A stretch of DNA of 64,000 nt from an uncultured Holophagales bacterium (GCA_963842525.1 CAWJGT010000014.1:32001-96000), one strand, 5' to 3'; counted from the stretch's first letter, positions 28,624-39,350 are shown. Numbers and translations: made by a program. Notes: generated from the letters alone by a model not told the origin.

Positions 28624-28674
28624 CCGCAAACCTCCGGCCCTCCGTTGCGTATTTCGTACCGGAGAGCCGAGCCG

Positions 28675-31137
28675 GTGACGAATCGCTGGAAGGACGAGCT
28701 ACGGCAGGACGTGCGGTTCGGGATCCGCATCCTCCGCAAAAGCCCGACCTTCGCCCTGATGGCGACCCTCTCCGTGGCCCTGGGCGTCGCCGCCAACGTC
28801 ATCGTCTTCGGCCTCCTCTACGCGGCCCTGCTCCGGCCGCTCCCCTTCAAGGACTCTGGCCGGGTCGTCGCCGTGCAATCCAAGGGGCCCGAGGACACTC
28901 CCGGGGAAGGAATGCTCTTCTCCTTCCCCGACTATCAGGACCTCCGCCAATCGAACAGGGCGAACAGGGCCTTCGAGGAGACCGGCGCCTACCTGCTCGG
29001 ATATGGCCTCACGCTGAGCGGCAGCGAAGGGCCGGAGCGCGTGGAGGCGGGCCTGGTCTCGGCGGAGCTGTTTCCCCTGCTCGGCGTCGACCCGATCCTC
29101 GGCCGGCACTTCCACAAGGACGAAGACCGTTGGGAAGAGCCGCCGACGCTCCTGCTGAGCCATGAGCTGTGGCAAACGCGCTTCGGAGGCGATCCGCAGA
29201 TCGTCGGGCGGCAGGTCCTGGCCAACTCGATTCCCCACACCGTCGTCGGCGTGATGCCGCCAGGGTTTCGCTTACCGTACAACCGCTACATGGCATGGGT
29301 CCCGCTGAGGACCCGGATGGAGCCGACGGCCCAACGGGCTCTGCGCAACCTGACCGTGCTGGCCCGTCTACGGCCGGGCGTCACCCTGGAGGAGGCGCAG
29401 AAGGAGGTCTCGTCCCTCGCGGGAGACCTCGCTCGCAAGTACCCTGACTCGAACGCTGGCTGGAGCGCGACCGTCGTACCGGCGCGCAAGGCGATGCTCG
29501 TGCCGCAGCTTCAGGTCATCCTCCTGTCCCTGATGGGGGTGGTCTCCTTCGTCCTCCTCATTGCGTGCGCGAACGTGGCCCACCTGGTCCTGGAGCTGGT
29601 CATCGAGCGAAAGCGGGAGATCTCGATCCGGGCAGCCTTCGGAGCCGGGCGCCGGCGGCTCGTCCGCCAACTCCTCACGGAGAGCATCCTGATCGCCCTG
29701 GCCGGTGGTCTCCTGGGAACTCTCGCCGCAGCCTGGGGGCTCCGGGGCGTCGCGAGGCTGCTCCCCGAGGGAATCGCCCCCTATTGGCTGTGCATCCGGC
29801 TGGATACGCCGGTCCTGGCCTGCGCGGCCGGAGCCACGGCTGCGGCCTGGCTCCTCTTCGGGATGGCGCCAGCGCTTCAGGCCTCGCGGCCCGATCTCCA
29901 TACGGCGCTCAAGGACGGCGGGCGCAGCGCCGGGAGCACCCGGGCGCGGCGAGCCCGCGCCTCCCTGATCGTCGCCGAGGTGGCGGTCTCGACGGTGCTC
30001 CTCGTCGGCTCCGCGCTGCTGCTGCGCAGCTTCCTGGCCCTTCGCGCCGCCGATCTGGGGATCCAGACGAAAGGGCTCGTGTCCCTGTGGATCTACCTGC
30101 CCGGGGACACCTACAAGGATCAAGCAGTGCTGAAAGCGGAGCGTGTCGCCGAGGTCGTCAGCCGGCTCCGGGACATCCCCGGCGTGGATTCGGCAGCCGC
30201 TTCGAATAACGTGCCTGTCTACGGTGGCTCGAGCACCAAGCTCGACGAAGTCGAAAGCGAGGGATGGCCGGCCGGCAAGCCCCGGGACGCCGCGACCTCG
30301 ATCTTCGTGACTTCGGGGTTTTTCCAGGCGGCGGGAGCTCGCCTGCTCCAGGGCCGTGATCTCACGCCGGAGGAGGCCGTGGATGTCTCGGGCGTGGCAG
30401 TGGTGAACGAGACCTTCGCCCGGCGCTTCTGGCCGGACAGAGACGCGGTGGGCCGGCGCTTCCAGTTCCACGGTGGCTCGACCAGTGACTGGCTCACGGT
30501 GGTCGGCGTCGTGCGCGATCTGCGCGACCAGAGCGATCTCCGCAACGCCATCATGCCCTGCGCCTATGTCCCCTTCGCCTACAACCGCGGCCGCCCCGCC
30601 GCGATCCTGCTGCGCACGCAAAGAGACCTCAAGGTGCTACTTCCCAAGGTGAGGGAGGCGGTCCGCGCCGTCGATCCCAGCTTCCCGGTTTTCCGGGTCG
30701 CCACCATGGAGGAGAACCTGTCGGAGGCCCTCCACCTCGACCGGCTGTTCAGCAGCGGATTCGCTCTCTTCGGTGCCCTGGGATTGCTGCTCGCCGCGGT
30801 GGGCGTCTATGGGGTCCTGTCCTATGCTGTGAGCCGGCGGCTGCGGGAGATCGGGATCCGGCTGGCCCTGGGAGCGCGGCGCTGGGACGTGCTGCGCCTC
30901 GTCGTCGGCCATGGCATTCTGCTGACCATCGCAGGCATCGTCCTCGGGTTGGCGGGAGCCGCCGCCGTCTCCGGCAACATCACCGAGGCCCTCACCCTCT
31001 ATCAGGTGACTTCCACCGATCCGGTGAGCTTCGCCGGCGTCTCGATCCTTCTCATCGAGGTCGCCTTCTTCGCCAGCTACCTGCCCGCCCGCCGCGCCAC
31101 GGAGGTCGATCCCATCACGGTGCTGCGCGGCGAGTAG
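28675..31137 (+). CDS. ADOP-type (duplicated MacB_PCD/FtsX) ABC permease
   Basis: QDVRFGIRILRKSP, LLRPLPF, VLLIACANVA, EISIRAAFGAGR, EIGIRLALGA and YLPARRA..VDP...LRGE. Confidence 0.9.
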   Translation: MTNRWKDELRQDVRFGIRILRKSPTFALMATLSVALGVAANVIVFGLLYAALLRPLPFKDSGRVVAVQSKGPEDTPGEGMLFSFPDYQDLRQSNRANRAFEETGAYLLGYGLTLSGSEGPERVEAGLVSAELFPLLGVDPILGRHFHKDEDRWEEPPTLLLSHELWQTRFGGDPQIVGRQVLANSIPHTVVGVMPPGFRLPYNRYMAWVPLRTRMEPTAQRALRNLTVLARLRPGVTLEEAQKEVSSLAGDLARKYPDSNAGWSATVVPARKAMLVPQLQVILLSLMGVVSFVLLIACANVAHLVLELVIERKREISIRAAFGAGRRRLVRQLLTESILIALAGGLLGTLAAAWGLRGVARLLPEGIAPYWLCIRLDTPVLACAAGATAAAWLLFGMAPALQASRPDLHTALKDGGRSAGSTRARRARASLIVAEVAVSTVLLVGSALLLRSFLALRAADLGIQTKGLVSLWIYLPGDTYKDQAVLKAERVAEVVSRLRDIPGVDSAAASNNVPVYGGSSTKLDEVESEGWPAGKPRDAATSIFVTSGFFQAAGARLLQGRDLTPEEAVDVSGVAVVNETFARRFWPDRDAVGRRFQFHGGSTSDWLTVVGVVRDLRDQSDLRNAIMPCAYVPFAYNRGRPAAILLRTQRDLKVLLPKVREAVRAVDPSFPVFRVATMEENLSEALHLDRLFSSGFALFGALGLLLAAVGVYGVLSYAVSRRLREIGIRLALGARRWDVLRLVVGHGILLTIAGIVLGLAGAAAVSGNITEALTLYQVTSTDPVSFAGVSILLIEVAFFASYLPARRATEVDPITVLRGE

Positions 31138-31224
31138 GCAGGTGCCCGGAGTCAGCTCAGGCCCATCTCGTCGATGGACTGCACCATCATGATTTGTTGC
31201 CGGATCGAGCTAGCCCAACTTCGG

Positions 31225-31923
31225 CTAGAACCCAGGCACCGTGAGGCTCCTGCCGCTCTCGGCGGGACCGAGGGCGAGGAGGAAGGGGGCGGCGCGCTCG
31301 GCCCAGCGCTCGGGGCCGGGATAGCTCTTGGCGGACTGCCCATACCAGCTCTCCAGCAGGGTGGTATGGACCACCCCGGGGTTGAGCGCGACCGCGGCCA
31401 TGCTGCGGGGTAGCTCCTCGGCCAGGGCACGCATCATGCCCTCGATCGCCCACTTGGTCGCGCTGTAGGGGGCCACTTCCGTGGCGCCCGACCGGCCCCA
31501 GCCCGAGTTGAAGCTCACGACCACGCCCTGCCCGCGCTCGACCATCGCAGGCAGGAAGCTGTGGATCACGTGATAGGTCCCCTTGAGGTTGATGTCGACG
31601 ATGCGGGCAAACTCCGCGTCGGGGACCTCCCAGAGGGGTGCGTTGGCGTTGATCACGCCCGCGTTGTTGACCAGCAGGTCGATCGGTGGATGCCGCGCGA
31701 GGACGTGCTGGGCCCAGGCTTCCACCTCGGCGGCAGAAGATACGTCCACCACCGAGAAGCCGTGCGGCTCGCCGAGGGAGGCCTGGAGCGCCTCGATCTC
31801 CGCGCGGGTGCGCCCGCAGCCGATCACCACGTGCCCCAGGCCGGCCAGGCGCACGGCGAGCGCCCGGCCAAGGCCGCGGGTGACGCCGGTGAGGAGGACC
31901 GTGCGACTCTCGCTCACCGTCAC
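31225..31923 (-). CDS. Short-chain dehydrogenase/reductase
   Basis: TGVTRGLG, NNAG and catalytic YSATK. Confidence 0.92.
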   Translation of the reverse strand: MTVSESRTVLLTGVTRGLGRALAVRLAGLGHVVIGCGRTRAEIEALQASLGEPHGFSVVDVSSAAEVEAWAQHVLARHPPIDLLVNNAGVINANAPLWEVPDAEFARIVDINLKGTYHVIHSFLPAMVERGQGVVVSFNSGWGRSGATEVAPYSATKWAIEGMMRALAEELPRSMAAVALNPGVVHTTLLESWYGQSAKSYPGPERWAERAAPFLLALGPAESGRSLTVPGF

Positions 31924-33749
31924 GCGGTCTCGGACAACGGGGTCACCAGAGGCAGCTCGTCCTCCGTGGGTTGGAAGAAGGCGGCGCCGACCGTACCCGG
32001 GCCGCCATGGGTGCCGACCACCGGGCCCATCTCGGCGACGATCAGCTCGTGGACGTCGAAGCTCTGCTGGACCAGGGCCCGCAGGCGGTCGGCCCAGACC
32101 GGCGCCTTGGCGTGGGCGATGCTCACCACCACCGGACGCCGGGGATCGACCCGCTGCCGGAACAGCTCGATGAGCCGCGGCTGCGCCGCCCGGCCGCCAC
32201 GCACCTTGTCGACGGCCGCCACCTCGCCGTCGACCACGCCGAGGATCGGCTTGACCCCGAGGAGGTTGCCCAGGAAGGCCCGCCCCTTGCCGATCCGGCC
32301 GCCGCGCGCCAGGTAGTCGAGCGTATTGACCGCGAAGAGGACGTGGACGCGCCCGCGCATCGTCTCCAGGCGGTCCACGATCGCGTCGGGGTCGAGACCC
32401 CGCCGCGCCATGCGGGCGGCGAAGAGCGCGAGCATGCCGAGCCCGAGGCTGACGCTGTTGCCGTCGACCACCCGCAGCACGGCCGGCTCGGCCGCTCCGC
32501 GCGCCTGCTGGATCTCGGGGAGGCCCTCCTCCGCCGCCCCGCGCGCATGGACCACGGTCTGCGAGAGCTTCTCCGAGATGTGCACCGAGACCAGGTCCTT
32601 GTGCGGCGCCAGCGCGCGGTAGACCTCCAGGAAGTCGGCTTTGGGCGGCGGGCTGGTGCGCGGGTGGACCGCGCCCGATTCGAGCTGCTCGTAGAACTCC
32701 TTGGGCCGGAGGTCGACTCCGTCGTGATAGACCCGGTCGCCGAAGTGCACCAGCAGCGGCACGACGTGAATGCCGTGGGCGCGCGCCAGCTCGGGCGGCA
32801 GGTCGGAGGTCGAGTCGGTGACCACGCGGACGAGGTCCTGCGGCTCATCCAGAGCGACGATGCCGAGCTCGCGCAGCCCCAGCAGGTCGCGGAGCACCTC
32901 GCCGTCGGTCGCCGGCAAGGCGTCGATCAGGCGGCCGACGCTGCCGCAGCTCGGCACCGCCACGAGCAGCTCTTGCTGGCGCGGGCTGAAGCTGCTCTCG
33001 AAGAAGGTGGGACCGACCTCGACGCGCACGCGGGAGCGCGGGTCGGGCGCGTCATGGACGTTGTCTTCCAGCGCCAGGATGACCAGCGACGTGAGATCCA
33101 TGCGGATCTCCTGGTCCGCCTTGACCGGACCGGTCAGGTCGGGAGGCCGAAGCTGGACCCAGAACGGTCCGGTGCCCAGATGGCTCAGCCGGCAGAAGGC
33201 CTTGAGCGCGGTGGCCCGGCCGGCCTCGGCCGCGATCACCTCGCCGTCCTCCAGCGTGATCTTCCCTTCGGCACAGACCATGCGCCCGGTGGCGCGGGCC
33301 CTCTGGAGGCCGCGCAACAGCTCGAGGAGGGGGAGGAGCGAGAAGTCGCCGACCAGCGATTCCAGCCGCTCGTCCGGCTCGAGACCGATCTCACGTCCGA
33401 GGAGAACCAGGTGGATGCGACGCACCAGGTCGGCGGCGTCGAGCCCGCCGGCCTGGAGGAAGAGGATCTCCTCCGGGAGGTCCCGCCCCTCCTGCTCGTC
33501 ATGGCCGAAGAGGAGCAGGGTCTGCTGGTGACCGTTGGCCGAGAACCGTTCGATGACGGGAAACCCGCCGTGGGCGGCCAGCTCGGCCGGCGCCACGACG
33601 ATGCCGGGCCCGAGCTGTTCGAGGAAGAGCAACCCCTGCTGCGCATGCACCGCCGGGACGACCTCATACCCGAGCTCCGTCAGGCCGTGGGAGATCTCCT
33701 TGCGGCGGGACGCTTCGGGATCGACGACCAGGACGGCGGGACGGGGCAC
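31920..33749 (-). CDS. DegV-family fatty-acid-binding protein with N-terminal receiver-like and DUF4388-like domains
   Basis: C-terminal VVTDSTSDLP, PRTSPP, HISEKLS, LDYLARGGRIG and VGTHGGPG. N-terminal VLVVDP receiver-like fold and GDFSLLPLLELL...TG...GEVIAA. Confidence 0.85.
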   Translation of the reverse strand: MPRPAVLVVDPEASRRKEISHGLTELGYEVVPAVHAQQGLLFLEQLGPGIVVAPAELAAHGGFPVIERFSANGHQQTLLLFGHDEQEGRDLPEEILFLQAGGLDAADLVRRIHLVLLGREIGLEPDERLESLVGDFSLLPLLELLRGLQRARATGRMVCAEGKITLEDGEVIAAEAGRATALKAFCRLSHLGTGPFWVQLRPPDLTGPVKADQEIRMDLTSLVILALEDNVHDAPDPRSRVRVEVGPTFFESSFSPRQQELLVAVPSCGSVGRLIDALPATDGEVLRDLLGLRELGIVALDEPQDLVRVVTDSTSDLPPELARAHGIHVVPLLVHFGDRVYHDGVDLRPKEFYEQLESGAVHPRTSPPPKADFLEVYRALAPHKDLVSVHISEKLSQTVVHARGAAEEGLPEIQQARGAAEPAVLRVVDGNSVSLGLGMLALFAARMARRGLDPDAIVDRLETMRGRVHVLFAVNTLDYLARGGRIGKGRAFLGNLLGVKPILGVVDGEVAAVDKVRGGRAAQPRLIELFRQRVDPRRPVVVSIAHAKAPVWADRLRALVQQSFDVHELIVAEMGPVVGTHGGPGTVGAAFFQPTEDELPLVTPLSETA

Positions 33750-33940
33750 GTGACAAATCCTTCCTCGAAAACGCCTCTGACGGAGTTGACCCTGGCTGCC
33801 GGGACGTAGGAAGCATAAACCCTCCAGGGCCGGATGGTAAGAGTCTTCACCCGCAGAGAGCCGGCCTGGCTGGCAGCTCTTGACCAGCATAAACCCGGCC
33901 GAGGGCGGGCGCCCCCGGCCAGGGACCTACCGGCGGGCGC

Positions 33941-34375
33941 CTACTCCTCCGGAGGGAGGAAGAAGCCTTCGGCGACCAGGGTGATGGTGGCGGCGGTGGT
34001 CGACTTGATCGAGATGTCGTGGAAGCACTCGCCCAATGGAGCGCAGAGCCGCGGGACGGCGAACGAGCTCTCAGTACCATTGACGTAGCTAACCACGGAG
34101 GCCGAGGGCTCGACGCCGTCGTACTGCCACAGCTTGAGAGTGCCGGCCGAGCTGGACGTGATGATCACGGCGACCTCCACGGCGGTCGCCTCGTCGGGGA
34201 TGGCGCAGACGCCACGGACGTCGATGTCGGTAGTGGTATTGGCAGTGAGCGAACCCGAGTGCACCTGGCACGGGTTCAGAGCGACGTGGAGGCTGGGCGC
34301 TGCATTCGATTGCGCCTGGACGGCCGAAGTGGCCGCGAGGGTCAACAGCAGTCCTACTACCAGGAATCGCTTCAT
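33941..34375 (-). CDS. Small secreted beta-rich hypothetical protein
   Basis: RBS GAGGAGG, signal peptide ending VQA, and LNPC...VRGVCAIPDEATAV. Confidence 0.75.
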   Translation of the reverse strand: MKRFLVVGLLLTLAATSAVQAQSNAAPSLHVALNPCQVHSGSLTANTTTDIDVRGVCAIPDEATAVEVAVIITSSSAGTLKLWQYDGVEPSASVVSYVNGTESSFAVPRLCAPLGECFHDISIKSTTAATITLVAEGFFLPPEE

Positions 34376-34538
34376 ATTTCCTCCTCGTGGTTCGGAAGTC
34401 GGGAAAGTCCGGCCCCGAGTCTAGCCTTGCATAGCCATATCAGTATACGTCAACAGCCTTTCAACCGTCGTGGCCCGGGAGCTCCGGCGGCGCTCCTGCC
34501 GGAGAGAGGAGAGGATCAGGGGACAGGGGGGTGAGGGT

Positions 34539-35276
34539 CTACCGCACTTCGAAATCGGCGATCACAGGCAGGTGGTCGCTGGCCACCCGGCTGACCTTGA
34601 GCAGGCAGCGGCGCACCCCGGCGAGCCGGAGGGGGCCGCGGTAGTAGATGCGGTCGAGGGGACCCTGGGGAGAGAAGGACGGGTAGGTCCGGATCGTCCG
34701 CCGCCGGCCGTTGCCGCCGTCGGTGGCGCACTGGAAGCCGAGGCCGTCGGTGAAGACCGGCCAGAGGAGCGAGCGCCAGTCGTTGAAATCGCCGCCCACC
34801 AGCATGGCGGTGCCCGGAGCCATGCCGCCGAGCTCGTTCGAGCGCGCCAGCAGGCTCACCTGCTTGAGGCGCTCGCGGGCGGACAGGCCCAGGTGCAGGT
34901 TGAAGACCTCCAGGCTCCGCCCAGCCTTCAGCTCGATGCTGGTGTGCTGGCAGCCGCGGCGGATCCAGCTCTCGGCCACCGAGAGGTCGATGTTGCGCTC
35001 GCGCAGGATCGGGAACCGGCTGAGGGTGGCGTTGCCATAGCGCCCCCGGCGCAGGCTGACGTTGTGCCCGACGGCGTAATGGGGATATTCCGAGGCCTCG
35101 GCCAGCTCCTTGGCCAGGTCGAGCTCGCGCGAGCGCGGCGCGCCTTCGTCGACCTCCTGCAGCAGGACCAGGTCCGCGTCGTAGTGACGAAGCACCTCGA
35201 CGATGCGCTCGGGGCGAAAGCGGCGGTCGACACCGATCGCCCGGTGGATGTTGTACGTCAGGATTCTGAGCTGCAA
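34539..35276 (-). CDS. Endonuclease/exonuclease/phosphatase family protein (YbhP-like)
   Basis: TYNIH, LQEVD, YGNATLSRFP, HLGL, GDFNDW, LDRIY and ASDHLP. Confidence 0.92.
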   Translation of the reverse strand: MQLRILTYNIHRAIGVDRRFRPERIVEVLRHYDADLVLLQEVDEGAPRSRELDLAKELAEASEYPHYAVGHNVSLRRGRYGNATLSRFPILRERNIDLSVAESWIRRGCQHTSIELKAGRSLEVFNLHLGLSARERLKQVSLLARSNELGGMAPGTAMLVGGDFNDWRSLLWPVFTDGLGFQCATDGGNGRRRTIRTYPSFSPQGPLDRIYYRGPLRLAGVRRCLLKVSRVASDHLPVIADFEVR

Positions 35277-35508
35277 ACCGACGACTCGCCTCCTCGATGT
35301 CCGGGCCGGATGCCGGCCCGCAGGACTCCGACTATAGTAGCCGGATGCCGCCCCTCTACACGATCGGAGCCCTGGCGGGGGCCGGAATCAAGTATATGCA
35401 CGAGCCTGGCCTGGGAAGCCGGAGGACGCCCCGCCCCGATTCGCCGAACACCGCCTGGCGGGTGGAGGGGCGGCTGGTCTATAGCGGGCCGCAGGGAGGG
35501 CTGTTCGA

Positions 35509-37824
35509 GTGAAGCCCTCACCCCCCGGGGTGAGGGCCATCCTCGTCCTCGCTCTCCTCCTCTGGGCGTGGGTGAGCGTGCCGACGTTGCTGGGACAGCG
35601 GACGTTCTACCTGCGCGACGTGTTCCTCACCCACCTGCCTTTCAAGGCGTTCGGAGCCGAGCAGCTCCGGGAAGGGCGCATCCCGGCGCTCAATCCCACC
35701 TGGGGGCTGGGGCAGGCCTTCCGGGGGAACCCCAACGCGCTGGCCTTCTATCCAGGCAACCTGGCCTACCTGGCGCTGCCGTTCTGGAGCGCCTTCAACC
35801 TTCATTATGCCCTGCACTGGCTGATCGCCTTCCTGACCATGCGGGCGCTGGCGCACGGCCTCGGGCTGGGGCGCGCCGGGGCGCTCATGGCGGCACTGAG
35901 CTGGGCGGGCTCGGGATGGATGCTCTCCGCCCTGACCTTCTACAACTCGCTCACGGTGGCCGCATGGTGGCCGCTGGTCCTCCTCGGCGCCGTCCGGGGT
36001 GGCCGGTCCGGCATCGCCCTGGGCGGATTGGCCTGCGGGCTCGCCCTGCTCGGCGGCGAGCCGGTCCTGGCGGCGCTCGGCCTCGTGCCTCTCCTGGCGC
36101 TGGCGGTCCAGAGCCACGGCGGACGCAAGGGGCTGGGGACCGCCGTGGCAATCGGAACCGTGGGCCTGCTCGTCGCGCTGCCGCAGGTCGTCGCGACCGC
36201 CCGGATCCTGCCGTTCACCTTCCGCGGGAGCCAGGGCGTGTCCGCCGAGCAGGCGGCGGACTACACGCTGCATCCGCTGCGCCTGCTCGAGCTGGTCTTC
36301 CCATTTCCATTCGGCCTGCCCAACTTCGTGGGCAGCCAGGGGATCTGGACGTCCTCGATCCTTCCGGGCATACCCCTGTGCTTGACCCTCTACTGCGGCG
36401 TCGTCGCTCTCTGGCTGGCCGCGTCCGCGATGCGCCGCCACCGTCTCTGGGCATGGCTGGCCGCGGCGGGCCTGGTCCTGGCGATCGCGGCCGGCTCGTG
36501 GGGTGAGCTGCTGGTGACCGCCAGCTTCGGTCTCTTCCGCTTTCCCGAGAAGTTCCTTTTCTGGTACGCATTAGCTCTCCCCCTCCTGGCCGGCTGGGGG
36601 CTGGAGCGGGCGCTCGCGGGCGATCTGGGCGATTTCAGAAAGTGGAGACGGCTTGCGATCGTGGCCGGCGGCCTCGCGCTCGTCCTGGCCGTGGCCGTCC
36701 TCGCCGCCGGACCGGTGTTGGTCCGGGGTGTCTCGGGCCAGCTCGCGAATGCGCCGGAGGAGCAGCGGAACGCGGCCCTGGACGTCCTCTCCACGCAGGT
36801 CGCGGCCTGGGCTCTCGGCTGGGCCATCGCCGGCGCGGCGCTGCTCCTGGCTTTTCTCGCGACCGGCGGCCGGGTGCAGGGGAAGCCCTGGCAGCCGGCG
36901 CTGCTCCTGGGCCTTCAGCTAGCGACCCTCCTCCAGCTCCGGCCGCTGGTCCACACCGACTCGACCGCCCCGTACCGCGATCCGTCGCCCTGGGCCCGCC
37001 GGCTCGGGCCGGGCACCGCGGTGGTCCACGAAGGGCAGCTTTTCCCGACCTGGATCAAGGATCCTCCCTATCGGGTCCCGGGCGGGCCGCGAGCGGTGCT
37101 CGAACAGGTCACGGCGCTCGACCTCGACTTCGCTCCGGGCATCCTGCACGGCCTGACCTACCCGCTGGTGCCCGACCTGGAGGGCATGCAGACGCCGCTC
37201 TTCCCGCCGATGCTCCATGCCATGGCCGAGCTCGGCTGGGACGGCCGTGTCCGCTGGATGCGTTCCGTCGGCCTCCAGGCGGCCGTGCTCTTCGAAGACC
37301 CACACACGCCCGGCCTGCGGCTGCTCGACCAGGTGGAGCGCTACGGGGTCGACACCCGGCTCTACGCCGTGGTCGCCCCCGCGCCGAAGGTCTGGTGGCC
37401 GCGGGAGCTGATTCCGGCTCCCATGCCAGCCGACGCCGTGCGCGTGGTGAGCACGCTCCCCGATCCGGTCGCCGTCGTTGCGGCCCCGCCCTTTGCAGGG
37501 ATCGTCCACGATCCGGCCGGCCGCGTCCGGCTGCTCGCCGAGGAGCCGGACCGGATCGAGGTCGAGGTGGAGGGCCGCGGCGGGATCGCGGTTGTTCGCC
37601 GGGCCTTCCATCCACTCTATGAGGCTCGCGCGGACGGGCAGAGGCTGCGGACCTTGCCGGTCAACCTCAACCTGCTGGGCCTGGCCGTGCCTCCCGGGAA
37701 GCACCGGGTGGTCCTGGACGTCTCCGCGGGGCCGGAGATCGCGGCTTCCGTGATCGGCCTGGTGGCGGTCGCGGCGGCTCTCGGCGTGCTGTGGCGGGGC
37801 CGCCCCCTGCGGTCCTTGCAGTAG
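35509..37824 (+). CDS. YfhO-like polytopic membrane protein (GT-C-like)
   Basis: GRIPALNP..GLGQAF..NP....FYP, many TM helices, FRFPEKF and a C-terminal VPPGKHRV domain plus TM. Start uncertain. Confidence 0.8.
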   Translation: MKPSPPGVRAILVLALLLWAWVSVPTLLGQRTFYLRDVFLTHLPFKAFGAEQLREGRIPALNPTWGLGQAFRGNPNALAFYPGNLAYLALPFWSAFNLHYALHWLIAFLTMRALAHGLGLGRAGALMAALSWAGSGWMLSALTFYNSLTVAAWWPLVLLGAVRGGRSGIALGGLACGLALLGGEPVLAALGLVPLLALAVQSHGGRKGLGTAVAIGTVGLLVALPQVVATARILPFTFRGSQGVSAEQAADYTLHPLRLLELVFPFPFGLPNFVGSQGIWTSSILPGIPLCLTLYCGVVALWLAASAMRRHRLWAWLAAAGLVLAIAAGSWGELLVTASFGLFRFPEKFLFWYALALPLLAGWGLERALAGDLGDFRKWRRLAIVAGGLALVLAVAVLAAGPVLVRGVSGQLANAPEEQRNAALDVLSTQVAAWALGWAIAGAALLLAFLATGGRVQGKPWQPALLLGLQLATLLQLRPLVHTDSTAPYRDPSPWARRLGPGTAVVHEGQLFPTWIKDPPYRVPGGPRAVLEQVTALDLDFAPGILHGLTYPLVPDLEGMQTPLFPPMLHAMAELGWDGRVRWMRSVGLQAAVLFEDPHTPGLRLLDQVERYGVDTRLYAVVAPAPKVWWPRELIPAPMPADAVRVVSTLPDPVAVVAAPPFAGIVHDPAGRVRLLAEEPDRIEVEVEGRGGIAVVRRAFHPLYEARADGQRLRTLPVNLNLLGLAVPPGKHRVVLDVSAGPEIAASVIGLVAVAAALGVLWRGRPLRSLQ

Positions 37825-37860
37825 GATGGCCCCCTGCACTTCTCTGGAGGAATCAATCCC

Positions 37861-38367
37861 ATGGGTATCAGTCAGACGTTGCTGCCGGAATACGACATCG
37901 AGATGGCAACCACCCGCAAGCTGCTCGAGCGGGTTCCTGAAGACCGCTTTTCCTGGCAACCGCACCAGAAGTCGATGAGCCTGGGCCGGCTCGCCACGCA
38001 CATCGCCGAGCTGCCCGGCCTGGGCCATCGCGTCGTGACGCAGGAGTCGGTCAACATGGCCCCGCCGGGAGGCGAGGGCTACAAGCCGAGGACCCTGGAG
38101 ACGCGGCAGGAGGTCCTGGACCTGTTCGACAAGAACGTCGCCAAGGCGCGCGAGGCGATCGAGGGCACCGAGGACCCGGCGTACTCCCAGCCCTGGTCGC
38201 TCCTGCGCGGCGAGCAGACGATCTTCACCTTCCCCCGGGCCGCCGTGCTGCGCAGCATGCTGTTCAGCCACATCATCCATCACCGCGGGCAGCTCAGCGT
38301 CTACCTGCGGCTCAACGACATCCCTGTGCCGTCGATCTACGGGCCGTCGGCAGACGAGACGATGTAA
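37861..38367 (+). CDS. DinB-family protein
   Basis: RBS GGAGG; WQPHQKSMSLGRLATHI and HIIHHRGQLSVYLR...VPSIYGPSADE. Confidence 0.92.
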   Translation: MGISQTLLPEYDIEMATTRKLLERVPEDRFSWQPHQKSMSLGRLATHIAELPGLGHRVVTQESVNMAPPGGEGYKPRTLETRQEVLDLFDKNVAKAREAIEGTEDPAYSQPWSLLRGEQTIFTFPRAAVLRSMLFSHIIHHRGQLSVYLRLNDIPVPSIYGPSADETM

Positions 38368-38469
38368 GGACCTCGCCCCCTCTGTCCCCATCGCCGCGAG
38401 CTTTGCGCCGAAGGAGTCCTGGGACGGAGAACGGCACAGTCCGGCCATAGGGGCCCCGGTCCCTGCGGC

Positions 38470-38690
38470 CGGGACCACAAGACGCGTCCGGGTTTCGCGA
38501 TCCGTGTTGCGGGGACCGCTCAACGCGTGACGCGGACCGTGGCCCCTGTGACCGGAGGAGTGGTCCCTATGGCTGGGACCGGGGTCCCTGCAGCGCGGAC
38601 CGCGAAAGGCGGTCCGGACCCGCGAGCCCAGTCACACGGACCATGGCCCGCAGTCCGCGTTGCGTGGTCCCCGCGACGCGGACCCCTTCC
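38470..38690. repeat. Degenerate ~21-bp-phased GGACC array
   Basis: GGACC at 38472, 38513, 38534, 38576, 38597, 38616, 38638 and 38680. Confidence 0.5.
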
Positions 38691-38789
38691 ATCCCCCTCC
38701 GGGAGAGGGGGAACGTTGATCGAGAATTCTCCCCTCTCCCGGGGATGGGAAGGGTGGGAGATGGGAGATGGGTCGGGTGTGAGGATCTA

Positions 38790-39350
38790 CGGCTGCGCCA
38801 CCACGAGGGCTTTCGAGCTTCCCGCTCCTGCACCGCAGCCGCAAGTTGCCGCAGCAGCGAAGGGACGATGCTGAGAAGGCAGGTGACGCCTTCCTCCGCC
38901 ATGCGGTCTTGTAGGGCCTCAGGATCGCGCGCCACATCGTCAGGGACGACCACGAGCCGCGCCCCGGCCGCGAGCGGCCCGAAGGTGTCACGCAGCGATG
39001 CATCGAAGGTGAGGGGTGCGAGCTGCAGCACCACGTCGGCCTCGGTGATCCCGTAGGTCTCCAGGATCCGCGACAGGTAGTCAGCCGCCCCACCATGATG
39101 GGCCAGGATCCCCTTGGGCCGGCCGGTCGAGCCGGAGGTGTAGGTCACGTAGGCGGCATCGAGCGGTCCAGCGACGGGAGAGGGTCGCTCTTCCGGCTCA
39201 TCCGCGAGCGCGTCCGGGACGAGGCTCGCGGCAGAGGCAAGCGACCGGGACGTTGTAGAACGCGCTCCCCGGCTCCAGGCGGTCGAGCACCCAGAGGCGC
39301 TGCTGCGCGAAGGAGAGCGCCGAGGATCTGGGGGATGGGAAAGCTCCGCC
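38790..39350 (-). pseudogene. Collapsed NRPS module remnant (C-domain start joined to part of an A domain), flanked by class A REP pieces
   Basis: LSFAQQRLWVLDRLEPGSAFYNVP is followed within about 100 bp by AYVTYTSGSTGRPKG...TFDASL...LSIVPSLL. REP pieces lie at about 38692-38783 and 39398-39452. Confidence 0.75.
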
